A DNA stretch of 64,000 nucleotides, taken from contig CM102283.1 in the NCBI GenBank assembly GCA_046563655.1, positions 9,982,001 through 10,046,000 on the forward strand, in the 5' to 3' direction. The translations under genes were made by a program, and so were the position numbers. The notes under the pieces were generated by a model. That model ran no database searches and was not told the DNA's origin. It was given only the letters and a program-made list of their open reading frames with translations. Shown piece by piece: positions 38,201 to 51,902 of this stretch. The first letter of the stretch is position 1, and each line of letters begins with the position of its first letter. This stretch comes from Yuukianura sp. NJ FZ-2021 (lineage: Eukaryota).

Positions 38201-41200
38201 ACCCCTCCTTATGGACTTTTCTATACAGAAATTGTAGACCTCTAGAGTACCCATGTCTTACGTCATACATAGCAACGTATATACATTTTCTGAATCAGGA
38301 AGTCAAGCCCTTTCCAACGATATGCTACTTGCATGAGGTCGTCATAAGACCAAATGGCAACATTTGAAGCCCCGTCACACTTTACCCTTTGCCTCTGGAG
38401 GGCTGAAAATTGGTACAAATGATCACAACATCTTCCCTGACAATTGCATCAAATTTAATTCATTTCGAAAAAAGTGGCGTTCTAAGTTAGTTTTTTTCCA
38501 AAACAATTTTGGCAAACCCCTCCTTATGGACTTTTCTATACAGAAATTGTAGACCTTTAGAGTACCCATGTCTTACGTCACACATAGCAACATATATACA
38601 TTTTCTGAATCAGGAAGTCTAGCCCTTTCCAACGATATGCTACTTGCATGAGGTCGTCATAAGACCAAATGGCAACATTTGAAGCCCCGTCACACTTTAC
38701 CCTTTGCCTCTGGAGGGCTGAAAATTGGTACAAATGATCACAACATCTTCCCTGACAATTGCATCAAATTTAATTCATTTCGAAAAAAGTGGCGTTCTCA
38801 TTTAGTTTTTTCCCAAAACAATTTTGGCAAACCCCTCCTTATGGACTTTTCTATACAGAAATTGTAGACCTCTAGAGTACCCATGTCTTACGTCATACAT
38901 AGCAACATATATACATTTTCTGAATCAGGAAGTCAAGCCCTTTCCAACGATATGCTACTTGCATGAGGTCGTCATAAGACCAAATGGCAACATTTGAAGC
39001 CCCGTCACACTTTACCCTTTGCCTCTGGAGGGCTGAAAATTGGTACAAATGATCACAACATCTTCCCTGACAATTGCATCAAATTTAATTCATTTCGAAA
39101 AAAGTGGCGTTCTCATTTAGTTTTTTCCCAAAACAATTTTGGCAAACCCCTCCTTATGGACTTTTCTATACAGAAATTGTAGACCTCTAGAGTACCCATG
39201 TCTTACGTCATACATAGCAACATATATACATTTTCTGAATCAGGAAGTCAAGCCCTTTCCAACGATATGCTACTTGCATGAGGTCGTCATAAGACCAAAT
39301 GGCAACATTTGAAGCCCCGTCACACTTTACCCTTTGCCTCTGGAGGGCTGAAAATTGGTACAAATGATCACAACATCTTCCCTGACAATTGCATCAAATT
39401 TAATTCATTTCGAAAAAAGTGGCGTTCTCATTTAGTTTTTTCCCAAAACAATTTTGGCAAACCCCTCCTTATGGACTTTTCTATACAGAAATTGTAGACC
39501 TCTAGAGTACCCATGTCTTACGTCATACATAGCAACATATATACATTTTCTGAATCAGGAAGTCAAGCCCTTTCCAACGATATGCTACTTGCATGAGGTC
39601 GTCATAAGACCAAATGGCAACATTTGAAGCCCCGTCACACTTTACCCTTTGCCTCTGAAGGGCTGAAAATTGGTACAAATGATCACAACATCTTCCCTGA
39701 CAATTGCATCAAATTTAATTCATTTCGAAAAAAGTGGCGTTCTCATTTAGTTTTTTCCCAAAACAATTTTGGCAAACCCCTCCTTATGGACTTTTCTATA
39801 CAGAAACTGTAGACCTCTAGAGTACCCATGTCTTACGTCATACATAGCAACATATATACATTTTCTGAATCAGGAAGTCAAGCCCTTTCCAACGATATGC
39901 TACTTGCATGAGGTCGTCATAAGACCAAATGGCAACATTTGAAGCCCCGTCACACTTTACCCTTTGCCTCTGGAGGGCTGAAAATTGGTACAAATGATCA
40001 CAACATCTTCCCTGACAATTGCATCAAATTTAATTCATTTCGAAAAAAGTGGCGTTCTCATTTAGTTTTTTCCCAAAACAATTTTGGCAAACCCCTCCTT
40101 ATGGACTTTTCTATACAGAAATTGTAGACCTCTAGAGTACCCATGTCTTACGTCATACATAGCAACATATATACATTTTCTGATTCTGGAAGTCAAGCCC
40201 TTTCCAACGATATGCTACTTGCATGAGGTCGTCATAAGACCAAATGGCAACATTTGAAGCCCCGTCACACTTTACCCTTTGCTTCTGGAGGGCTGAAAAT
40301 TGGTACAAATGATCACAACATCTTCCCTGACAATTGCATCAAGTTTAATTCATTTCGAAAAAAGTAGCGTTCTCATTTAGTTTTGTCCCAAATCAATTTT
40401 GGCAAACTCCTCCTTATGGACTTTTCTATACAAAAATTGTTTACCTCTAGAGTAGCCATGTCTTACGTCGCACATAGCAACATATATACATTTTCTGAAT
40501 CAGGAAGTGAAGCCCTTTCCAACGATATGCTACTTGCATGCGGTCGTCATAGGATGAAATGGCAACATTTGAAGCCACGTCACACTTTACCCTTTGCTTC
40601 TTGAGGGCTAAAACTTGGTACAAATCACCAAAACATCTTCCCTAACAATTGCATCAAGTTTAATTCATTTCGAAAAAAGTAGCGTTTTCATTTAGTTTTT
40701 CTCAAACCAATTTTGGCAAACTCCTCCTTATGGACTTTTCTATACAAAAATTGTTTACCTCTAGAGTAGCCATGTCTTACGTCGCACATAGCAACATATA
40801 TACATTTTCTGAATCAGGAAGTGAAGCCCTTTCCAACGATATGCTACTTGCATGTGGTCGTCATAAGACCAAATGGCAACATTTGAAGCCCCGTCACTCT
40901 TTACCCTTTGCTTCTGGAGGGCTGAAAATTGGTACAAATGATCACAACATCTTCCCTGACAATTGCATCAAATTTAATTCATTTCGAAAAAAGTGGCGCT
41001 CTCATTTAGTTTTTTCCCAAAACAATTTTGGCAAACCCCTCCTTATGGACTTTTCTATACAAAAATTGTAGAGCTCTAGAGTAGCCATGTCTTACGTCAC
41101 ACATAGCAACATATATACATTTTCTGAACCACGAGGTCAAGCCCTTTCCAACGATATGCTACTTGCATGCGGTCGTCATAGGATGAAATGGCAACATTTG

Positions 41201-42415
41201 AAGCCCCGTCACACTTTACCCTTTCCTTTTGGAGGGCTAAAAATTGGTACAAATGATCACAGCATCTTCCCTGACAACTGCATCAAGTTTAATTCATTTC
41301 GAAAAAAGTAGCGTTCTCACTTAGTTTTTTCCCAAAACAATATCGGCAAACCCCTCCTTATGGACTTTTCTATACAAAAATTGTAGAGCTCTAGAGTAGC
41401 CATGTCTTACGTCACACATAGCAACATATATACATTTTCTGAACCAGGATGTCAAGCCCTTTCCAACGATATGCTACTTGCATGCGGTCGTCATAGGATG
41501 AAATGGCAACATTTGAAGCCCCGTCACACTTTACCCTTTCCTTTTGGAGGGCTAAAAATTGGTACAAATGATCACAACATCTTCCCTGACAACTGCATCA
41601 AGTTTAATTCATTTCGAAAAAAGTGGCGTTCTCATTTAGTTTTTTCCCAAAACAATATCGGCAAACCCCTCCTTATGGACTTTTCTGTACAAAAATTGTA
41701 GAGCTCTAGAGTAGCCATGTCTTACGTCACACATAGCAACATATATACATTTTCTGAACCAGGATGTCAAGCCCTTTCCAACGATATGCTACTTGCATGC
41801 GGTCGTCATAGGATGAAATGGCAACATTTGAAGCCCCGTCACACTTTACCCTTTCCTTTTGGAGGGCTAAAAATTGGTACAAATGATCACAGCATCTTCC
41901 CTGACAACTGCATCAAGTTTAATTCATTTCGAAAAAAGTAGCGTTCTCACTTAGTTTTTTCCCAAAACAATATCGGCAAACCCCTCCTTATGGACTTTTC
42001 TATACAAAAATTGTAGAGCTCTAGAGTAGCCATGTCTTACGTCACACATATCAACATATATACATTTTCTGAACCAGGATGTCAAGCCCTTTCCAACGAT
42101 ATGCTACTTGCATGCGGTCGTCATAGGATGAAATGGCAACATTTGAAGCCCCGTCACACTTTACCCTTTCCTTTTGGAGGGCTAAAAATTGGTACAAATG
42201 ATCACAGCATCTTCCCTGACAACTGCATCAAGTTTAATTCATTTCGAAAAAAGTAGCGTTCTCACTTAGTTTTTTCCCAAAACAATATCGGCAAACCCCT
42301 CCTTATGGACTTTTCTATACAAAAATTGTAGACCTGTATAGTAGCCATGTCACACTAACCAGCGTCACACATAGCAACATATATACATTTTCTGAATCAT
42401 AAAGTCAAACCCTTT
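20212..42415. repeat. Satellite array, 315-bp unit, ~70 copies (~22.2 kb)
   Basis: ORF-track period of 315 bp. Near-identical central units; more diverged first unit and last ~6-7 units. Confidence 0.99.
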
Positions 42416-43074
42416 AGGTAAACCTTTAGGCTAAAATTTTTATACTAAAGGCAAACGGAATTAATACGAAATGAGATTCAGGTAAAATTTTTAAAATTAG
42501 TTATCTACGAAATATTTCGGAGAAACCTCCGGAATACGTGTTATCAAAGGAAATCATATGTATTTTGCAATCCGGATTTTTTAATCAAAATCCGAAATCC
42601 GGCTTTCTAAAAAGCAATGAGATATTTAAACTCCCTACCACAAACTCACCAGTAATCAGCTGAAGCTGGAAACAGTGAAATATCATTAGCTGGTTCTAGC
42701 ACATTATTCCGCATTTCCAGGCTTAGCGGCGATAGCCAGAAGGAAGGGAATTTTGATTATAACTTTTCCAAAGTGGATTTTCATGCTCGCCCTTTTACGC
42801 TTCCGTGAAAAATGAGATGTTTAAGTTGCGCGGGCGCTTACTTAAATAACTTAAGGTGTGACTCATGATTACAGAACGTGAAAATAAAGTATGTAATTAA
42901 TTGTTGTTTATGGAAATTAAAGAATAACATTTGATTGTTATTGCTTTCCAAATGAATATGGAGGGGTGAGGGGAAAAGGTAATAAATAAAAATATGTCTA
43001 ATTTCGGGACATCTATCTCAATTCCGCTGAATGTGGAGACGTTGACCTCTGACACTTGCTGGTTTGTGTGGCAC

Positions 43075-45320
43075 TCAGATCACTCCCTCCTTCCGGAATC
43101 TCCTGACGGCAATGAATTCGAGCAAGTAGTCTTTGGTGACAGGGTGCTGAATGCTAAATACGACAGCTGAAAAGACACAAGGATTAGATTTAGGAATTGC
43201 GAGATTGAAGGAGGTGCTTACCCTGCGCCGTGCTCTTGGCATTGGGAAATGACTTGTCTGTGCGTTCTCTGAGAAATACCCACTGTCTTCCATCATACTT
43301 GCACTCGATGATCTTCCCGTCATACTTTTGTACTGACTTGGGGCAGGGTCTCATCAAACTGAATGGAACACTCTGCCCACCAACGTACAACTCACCAAGT
43401 TTGCACGGAAGAATCCTAAATAATATAAAACAAAGTGAATAATCTTTGACCCAGTCTTAAAATGGAAGTGCTGTAACTTACCCCTCCCCAGATTCAGTGA
43501 CGACCTTGAGGCGAAAGTCCACCGTGTTGAGTTCCGGCGGTTTCCACTTGAGAACTTCGTCTGCTCGCCCCACCACGTAGGGCTGAAATCCACAAAGTAA
43601 AGTGATTCGGGGGAGACTCAAGGGAGGCAAATGAACTCACGTCTTTGACAGGTTGGAAAATCAAACCATCCGGTTCGTGGAGCAGCTCTTGGGCGAAGGT
43701 GCCCTCCAGAATGCGTTCCGTATCTTCCACGAACCAGAATGGTTTGAACCGAACGCCAAACGGTTCCGCAGTACGGTCAATGATGCCAGCTTCAATGGCT
43801 TTGTACCGAGGGTTCACAATTTCATCCTGAAACAACAATACACTTTTATTGTAAAGAAGTATTTGACATGATACTGGGATGATTTAAAAGCACTTACGCG
43901 AATGCAATTCAGTCTTACACGGAAGTCACACTTTCCAGTTTCGTTTCCTCGGAAGCGAATAACGTCATAAATCAAATACCTTGGGGTCAACGTACCGTTG
44001 ACATTGTCTATCACCATCTCCTGAACAAGAACACGAAAAACATGAGTTTATCAGTTTGTCAAAGTGGAATTATGTGAACATACGCCGTCGACGAGAGTGT
44101 CCACAAGATGCTCGTACAAGTTTTTCTTGCAAGGGAAGGTGATGTCGTGGGCCCGAAAGACGCAGTTGTCTCGGTCAATGAAATAAACTTGGCCAGGGCC
44201 TTCAATGAGCATTAGGTAGCGAGTTCCATCTGCTTTCCAGGAAACCATGTATTGCTTCTGCGTCAACAACGCTATGTTACGCATGTCCATCGACACGGGC
44301 TGAGAACCGGGAAATCCAGTGCTAAAACATTATGGGATAACATTAGTTTTCATTACATCGATCATCACAGATTAGTTTTCAATGGAAAAACAAAAACATG
44401 CCTGTTCCAGCCGCAGAGACGCTGAACTTTGCGTTGGAGCATGAGGAGTTCGTCTCTGTCAGTGATGGGATCCACTCCAGTAACACCTTCCATGAACGTT
44501 GGATTTTCCTTCACTAGTTCTCCCCTCCTCCGCTTGATTCCATTGACATGGCTATAAGTTTCATTTCCATTGGAGTGGTCCAATGCTCTCTTGCCGTTGC
44601 CCGAGTTCCAGGAAGTAGACGGAAGATCAGCGCAGTTCAAGGCGTCGTCAAAGCACCAATCCGGAAGAGCGGGAGCTAAAGGGGGTGGGGGATCGCCTTC
44701 ATCTTTGAACATTTCCCAAAGAGTGTTGATGTAATCCTGCTTGTAGATTCCAGGAGGACGACACTTGGCAAACAGATTCAAGGCTGCATTCACAGCGAAA
44801 TCAAACTCCCGGATGAGGAAGCAGCAGACAAGGAACCCACTCCGATTGAAGCCGTGTGTGCAATGAACTCCAATGTAGTCTGTGCTGCTCCTGTCCATGA
44901 ACTTGGAGCACACTTTGATAAAAGAGTCAATCTGTTCTGGCTTTGGAGCCTCCCCGTGACCTTTGCAGTTCAGTTTTGTATAAATCGTTCCATTGGCTTC
45001 CACTTCTTCTTTGGGGTAAAAACGATTCGTGTTTGTGAGATCTATCCACAGTCCGAGCTTCTTCTACAAACACAAAGTTCAATGAAATGTTAATAAAGAA
45101 GTAAGAGTAAAGTGCGTACCTTCTTGGACTGCATGTAATCGAAAATCATCTTGGGTGGAAATCTATTCTGAATGGGAACAAGTTCGTTATAGTCGGAACT
45201 GAGCGGGGTTTTGAAGACGAGGAACTTCTCAGCTATGAATGCCTCTGCCTTGCGGGGACACTTGAGCCACCGGTCAGGCACTCCACGATTGTCGTCTCTC
45301 TCTCGTCGGTGGTAGCTCAT
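43075..45320 (-). CDS. RNGTT: mRNA capping enzyme (RNA 5'-triphosphatase plus guanylyltransferase), multi-exon
   Basis: [16 protein letters not shown], phosphatase loop [21 protein letters not shown], motif [41 protein letters not shown]. Confidence 0.97.
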
Positions 45321-45524
45321 GGTAAGACGACCAGCTGATCAGGCTCCCACAGTCCTAAGTCCCACTTCCTGCAACAACAAATCCAGAATGTCAACTAAAG
45401 GTTAGGCTACCTTACTAAACGTTAATCTAACCTTGCTTTCCAATTAACGCTTGCTTTTTTATCCAATTAACTCCACCTGCTCGCTGGAAACTTCAATTGA
45501 ATAATTTGAATTATTGAATTTTGG

Positions 45525-46015
45525 TTAATTAATGGATTGAATTATTTGAAGTCAGAGTGAGAAAAGAATTTTGAACAGAGGTAACTCTGGTAGCCACACA
45601 CATTTCACCGTTGCCCACTTTGAGAATGAACTACATGTGGGATTGAGTTCCGAATAAAATCAGTAGAAACAACAAATTAGTAGAAATCAACATAAACTAA
45701 TTAACCCACTTCCGGTCTTAATGAATTTAATTAAAACTAATTAAGGTTGATTAGATTTTATTGCAGTTTACCTAAATATTTTTTGTTGGTATTTTTAAAG
45801 ATGCCCATACGTGAAGGCTTGAAGAGTGCATAGTAAAAACTGTTTGTTGGACTCATTTATTTTTGTTCAATTTTTAAATTGAGTAGTTGGCGCCTCTTAT
45901 GCTCGTAAGCGTCCTGTATCCTTATGAGGATCAAAAACATTTTAAAGGAGAAAGTTTATTGGCCAATTGGAAAGTTGTGCAAATTACGAGGTCTTTAAGG
46001 ATTAATTTGGTACTT
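45525..46015. repeat. Older, diverged third copy of the cassette module at ~500-985 / ~46470-46950
   Basis: Shares GAGGYAACTCTGGYAGCCACACACAT, CTTATGAGGATCAAAAACA and GCCAATTGGAAAGTTGTGCAAATTAC with both cassette copies. Lies directly upstream of RNGTT. Confidence 0.9.
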
Positions 46016-46019
46016 CGTC

Positions 46020-48680
46020 TAAGCTGTTTGTACCGCCGCTGGATCTTGGATTCACATTCACACATAGGCGACTAACATTCCAGGTACTCTGTCAATTGAT
46101 TTTTTTAAATCCACATGGATAAAAACTTTAATCAGTTCAATTGAATTGGATTGCAGGAGTTACACCTTCCACCTGAAGGCGAATCAACTGCTCAAAGGAC
46201 TACACACAAACCGCGTCAACATCCTGTTCCATCCTCCACATCCATGTCGGGTTGCGCTTGCGGCGGAAGTAAAGTTGGTTCTGTAATGGACTTTTAACTA
46301 ATTAAAACTATTTTCAGTTAATAAATCAGTGGATGAATGATTACCTCGGAAATAATCCGTTTTCTTGTTCTTTAATTCAGAATGAACATAAAGTCATTTC
46401 AGGGAAGGTTGCGATTAATTCTTAATTAATCGAGTAATGAGTGACTTCCAAGCAACTAACATTACAATTAACCGGATTTTAATTGAAAGTGACAGAAGAA
46501 TGTTGAATAGAGGCAACTCTGGCAGCCACACACATCTCCATTTCACCCAGAAAGCGAAAGCACAACATGTGGGATTTAACCCGAAATAAAATCAATAGAA
46601 ACAACAAATTAATGAAAATCAACATAAGATAGTTAGCATTTTTTTAATCTTAATTAATGTAATTAAAACTAATTAAGTTTGAGCGGATTCTTTGCAGCTT
46701 ACTTAAATGTCTATTGTTTGTATTTTTTAAACATACCCGCCCATATGTTAAGGCATGAGTGGTGCAGAGTGAAAACTGTTTGTTGGACTGTTTATTTTTG
46801 CTCAATTTTAAATTGAGTCGTTGGCGCCTCTTATGCTCGGAAGGCGTCTTGTCACCTTATGAGGATCAAAAACACTTTCAAGAAGAAAGTTGTTTCGCCA
46901 ATTGGAAAGTTGTGCAAATTACTAACCATTTAACGGTTAATTTGGTACTCAAAATGGCGGTTGATCAGAGTGAAACAACTTTCACTAGAGTAGTCCATCT
47001 TTATTCACCACATGAAACACATCTTTTAACATAACTTCCATTTTACACGCTTAGATTTTGATTAAAGTGAATTTTCAAACAGAAACTAAAACTAGGAAGA
47101 AAGTTGGTAAAAATAATGCAAGGAAAGTGAAACTGGAAAGCTTTCGCCCTTTGATTTTGTTTGGACAAGAGAAAATTTATGGAGAATTTGTGTTTTGAGA
47201 GTGGACAAAAGTGAAACTGAGAATAAAGTGAAGTGAACTCGTAAAGACTCTCCCTGTTCTCAGCAACTTTCTGTGCTTTTCACAATCAAAAAATCCAACC
47301 TTTCTGACGAAATAATGAAGGAAAATCATCACAAATGGCTTTTTACGCAAGAAAATTGTTTCAACTGTAGTTCCTTTTTCTACAAAAAAAAAAAGCAATT
47401 TAGCAGCAATTTCCTCATTAATTGCCATTTTTAGCTCTGTTTTCTTTTAAATAACATGAAAAATTTAATTTTTAACTTTCATAAGAAAGCACAAAGAAAG
47501 TTTGGAGAAAGAATTTAGAAAACCTGAAATTGAAAAGCTTTATAGAACTTTTATTTGGATTTAACAAGCGAAAGTGCATTGAGAAGATGTGCTTCTAGTC
47601 TGCAAAACCAAAATAAAATTGAACTGGACTGAACTCCAATAGATTCTGCTTGTTCTGCGGAACTTTCCCCGTTTTTTCGCTCAAAAATGTTTGTTTTTTT
47701 GGGGGTTTGGAGTTGGGATGGTCCCCACATGCATTTTTTCCATTGCCACCCACTCTCTCCTCCAACATCCAACTCCAAAAGAGTAAAACACTCCTTCGTT
47801 CTACTCTTTTCGTCTTCATATAAAAGGGAAGCTCAAACACAAGGTGGGTAAACAAAAAAACAAATCTACACCAGGTTATCCAGTAAGTCGATGTTTTTAA
47901 TTTTCTCAAATAATTTGCAAAACTTGCGTCGCCGTGCCTTTCTATGGCAATGATTTGTATGTAATTTAATAGGAATTGGCGGAAAATTGGCGGAAAAAAT
48001 TGTTTGGAGGAAGATTTTTGCAAACCCCGAACTACTGGATAACCTCTTGTAGCCTATTTGTAGATTGGTTGCTATAGTAACCTTGCTCAAACAAATTCTT
48101 CTCATTCGCTTTTGTGATCTCACACGAGAAATGAAGGCAGAGGAGACAGTTTCCTTATGTAAACAAGCAGCATCTGTCTCTTCTTCAGTTATTTTTAATT
48201 GTCTTATCCAATTAACTCTGCTTTTAGTTCATTAATCGATTGGATTACCAATCAAAAGATCCAGGGAATACGTGCATCAAATGTCAATTAACTCAATTTT
48301 AAATTATGTGAAAGCATGATGTTCGGGGGTTTGGAGTTGGGATGGTCCCTGCATGCATTTTTTCCATTGCCACCCACTCCCTCCCCCAACATCCAACTCC
48401 AAAAGAGTAAAACACTCCTTCGTTCTACTCCTTTCGTCTTCATATAAAAGGGAAGCTCCACAAATTCTCTACTCCTCTGAACTATTTATATAAACCTCAA
48501 CCCCTGGTGCGGACCGCCGAAGCAACAAGCTGCTTTTACAACTTTTGTTTTTGTGATTTCGTCTCAAGTTCAAAGTCAACCTTGAGGCTAATCCTCTGAA
48601 AACAACAGAAACTGCGGACGAATATCTCAGTATTAGACGCCACTCCGCTTTGAACTTGAGACAAAAGTGCGCGAAGTTTT
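46020..48680. repeat. Duplicated cassette, copy 2 (carries a 246-bp MITE insertion)
   Basis: Colinear with 47-2450; ends just upstream of the GOSR2 5' UTR. Confidence 0.95.
47840..48085. mobile_element. MITE with CAAGGT termini and 8-bp TSD CTCAAACA (P- or hAT-like)
   Basis: TSD at 47832-47839 and 48086-48093. Subterminal inverted AATCTACA and AGGTTATCCAGTA. The empty site with a single CTCAAACA is at 1867-1874 in copy 1. Confidence 0.93.
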
Positions 48681-49018
48681 TTCAAAAACAGAAAAGTCAA
48701 ATTGAAAATCACTGGCAAATTTATTAGAATGGGACAATGGTTAGATTCAATCTTCTGTATCATATGGTCAGTAAACAATTAAAACTGTAGAGATCTGTCC
48801 AGTGATTAATTGTATTACGAGAGGGTTAATTGGAATCAACTCTTGGTTAATCATGGGCGCCAACTGTTGAGCCTGAAGTGAAGCAGAAGACCGCTTGTAT
48901 TTTGTAAGTTAGGTTTTGTAATTGATGAACTTTGTGTAAAAGTAGAGTAACTGATTGTTCCACTTTCCAGACGCAGGACAAGAACATTCATCAGTGGATC
49001 AGCCCCCTTCTGATCACG

Positions 49019-49851
49019 ATGGAGGCTATATTTTTGGAAGCTCACGAAACACTGGAACAGGTTGGCAACTTATTTGCACAACTGGAGCAACACATTGGAC
49101 ATCCAGATGAAATCGCGTACGAAGACAGCATCAAGAAGAAGCTAGACACATTAAACATGTAACTAACTAATCCATTCCAACAGAGTTTGAATTCAAAAGT
49201 CAGTAAATTTCATTGTAATTGGTAGATTATTTGAGCGGTTGGAAGTTTACGTCCTGAAGGAGCCGCCTTCCAGAAGACAGGCATCCAGACTCAGATTGAA
49301 CCAAATGAAATATGATTCCACACACCTTAATGTAAGACAGCCAATACAAACCATGAATCACCTAAATTGAAACGTTTTCAACTGTCTTCTCTTGACCAGT
49401 CATCCCTCAAGAGTTTCCAAACGAAGAGATTTCGAAGGGAAAGGGATCGGTCAGACCGAGAAGATTTGCTCAGCCGTCGATTCACGCCAAATGACAATAC
49501 GAGTATCAACATTGACTATTCCATCCAGCATCACAGTTCTCTCCAGGTTAGGTCACATCATAAACTACGAATCCCACAATGCCAAATAAAATGTCATTTT
49601 TCCAGAACGCCCACCGTGGAATCGATGACATGCTGTCGCAGGGATACCAAATACTTGGGAATTTGCGAGAGCAGGACTCCATACTGAAGCAAACGAAGAC
49701 AAGGATTCTAAACTTTACAAACACACTGGGACTATCTAACACCGTGATGCAGTTCATAGAACGTCGTGCATACCAAGACAAGTTTGTTCTCTACGGTGGG
49801 ATGCTTCTCACACTGACCATCATCTTTTTCATTTACATGTACTTTCTCTAG
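49019..49851 (+). CDS. GOSR2: Golgi SNAP receptor complex member 2 (membrin), 4 exons
   Basis: MEAIF..., REDLLSRRFTPND, SSLQNAHRGIDDMLSQG, ILNFTNTLGLSNTVMQFIERRAYQDKFVLYGG and a C-terminal TM helix. Confidence 0.95.
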
Positions 49852-50064
49852 ATCTTTCTCCTAATTTAACTCTATCTGTGATTCATCTCCCTAACTTCTA
49901 AGCTTATTAAATCACAACATCCGTTTTCCTAAAATACGAGAAGATCTACCGGAGAGAATAAGTGATTGGAATTAGTTGGATATTTGGTTTTAATCAAAGA
50001 TACCTCGCCATGCCATCCACTGGAGTTTAATGGAAACTAGTGTTTAATTAGTAATTGAAGTACA

Positions 50065-50588
<524 letters not shown>

Positions 50589-51902
50589 TTTGAAGTTTCT
50601 GGATTTGATGGAAGAAAGGACTTCTTAAGGGACCTGGACAGCAATAGGATGAGAATGAAACCATTTGAATGGTTCATGAGTCGGTAGTTACTCGTAAGAA
50701 GTAATTAGTGCTTACCTAGTAAATCGTTGACCACGACCAGTAGACCTGTAACACGGAAACACGTTTCTTCCCTTACACTTTACTCGCAAAGAACCAAATG
50801 CACAAATGATGGACAGAAACCGAATAGATGTTCCGCTTGTCACCGACAGAGGGACTCAACTTCACGCATAGTTTTTGAAATGGATTTTGCCAAATGCACT
50901 GGCAATTTCAAAATACTAAATGACAATTCACTAGAAAATGTGAGAATTGTAATTATTTAATTGACACGTTTTCAAGAGAGAATTTCAATAAAATATAAGT
51001 ACATAATAGTAGCACTTATTTAGTTTATTTTTAGTGGCAACTTGGGCTGGCTGGCTGTCAATTTTAAAGTCCTATTTTAAAAAATAAAATAGTCGTAAAA
51101 AAGTCGAATGGCATTTGTGTGGTTTCGTATTTGGCAATGCAATTTGGAATTTTGGAACGACAAAATGAGAGGTGAATTGCCACAGTATATCGCCTACCAT
51201 GTAATAACATGTGGCAAGTATAAGTATAACTAGAATTTGTTTTCCGAAACAATCGGAGTCCTGAGATCGGTTCCACGGATCTCGGTTCGGTTTCAGTTTC
51301 CGTCGGTACTTGGTTTCAGACTTTTGTTTTTTATTGTTTTTTTGTTTATCAGTCATCAATACATTGACCAGTGACCAGTAGTTCCATCACACTGTTTAAC
51401 TTAACTGCATTGCATTCGGATTCTTGTTGGTGAGACTGTTTCCCTTATGAAGCATAACTCGTACAATTCATTACGTTAATTTCCCATTTGCTCCATTTAA
51501 AGTTCCGTTGGTTATCATTTTGTTTGCTTTTCCTTGTGGATGACACGTAAAATAGTCAAGTAGTAAAATAGGTGGACAGTGGTTTTAGCAACTGTCTGTA
51601 GTCACTGTTTTAATTGGTTCGTATCCGAAATTAGTAGTATTTTAATACATACTTTGATTTACTTTCCAGGTGGAGTGAGGAACTAGGTGACTTCTTTCGT
51701 GAGCACCAACTAGGCAAGCACAACTGGATTGAGTTAGTTGAAGCTACTGAACTTAGTTCTATCGCTCAGTGTCCTTTGACAGCAGTGGAAGTGACGTCAA
51801 CTCAAACTACTGCGTTGAACTCCTGAAGTGAAGTGGACAAGTGTGTAGACTTACTTCTAGAGACATTTAATAGACGAATATCTTGAACTTGGAGTATTAC
51901 TC

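Noticed and set aside
20400-42256. Dozens of repeated 62-aa ORFs (MKPRHTLPF...)
   Set aside because: Artefact of the satellite: TTG start, no recognisable domain, broken by indels in several units.
20212-42415. CRISPR-like array
   Set aside because: Whole units are near-identical with no unique spacers, there are no cas genes, and the context is eukaryotic.
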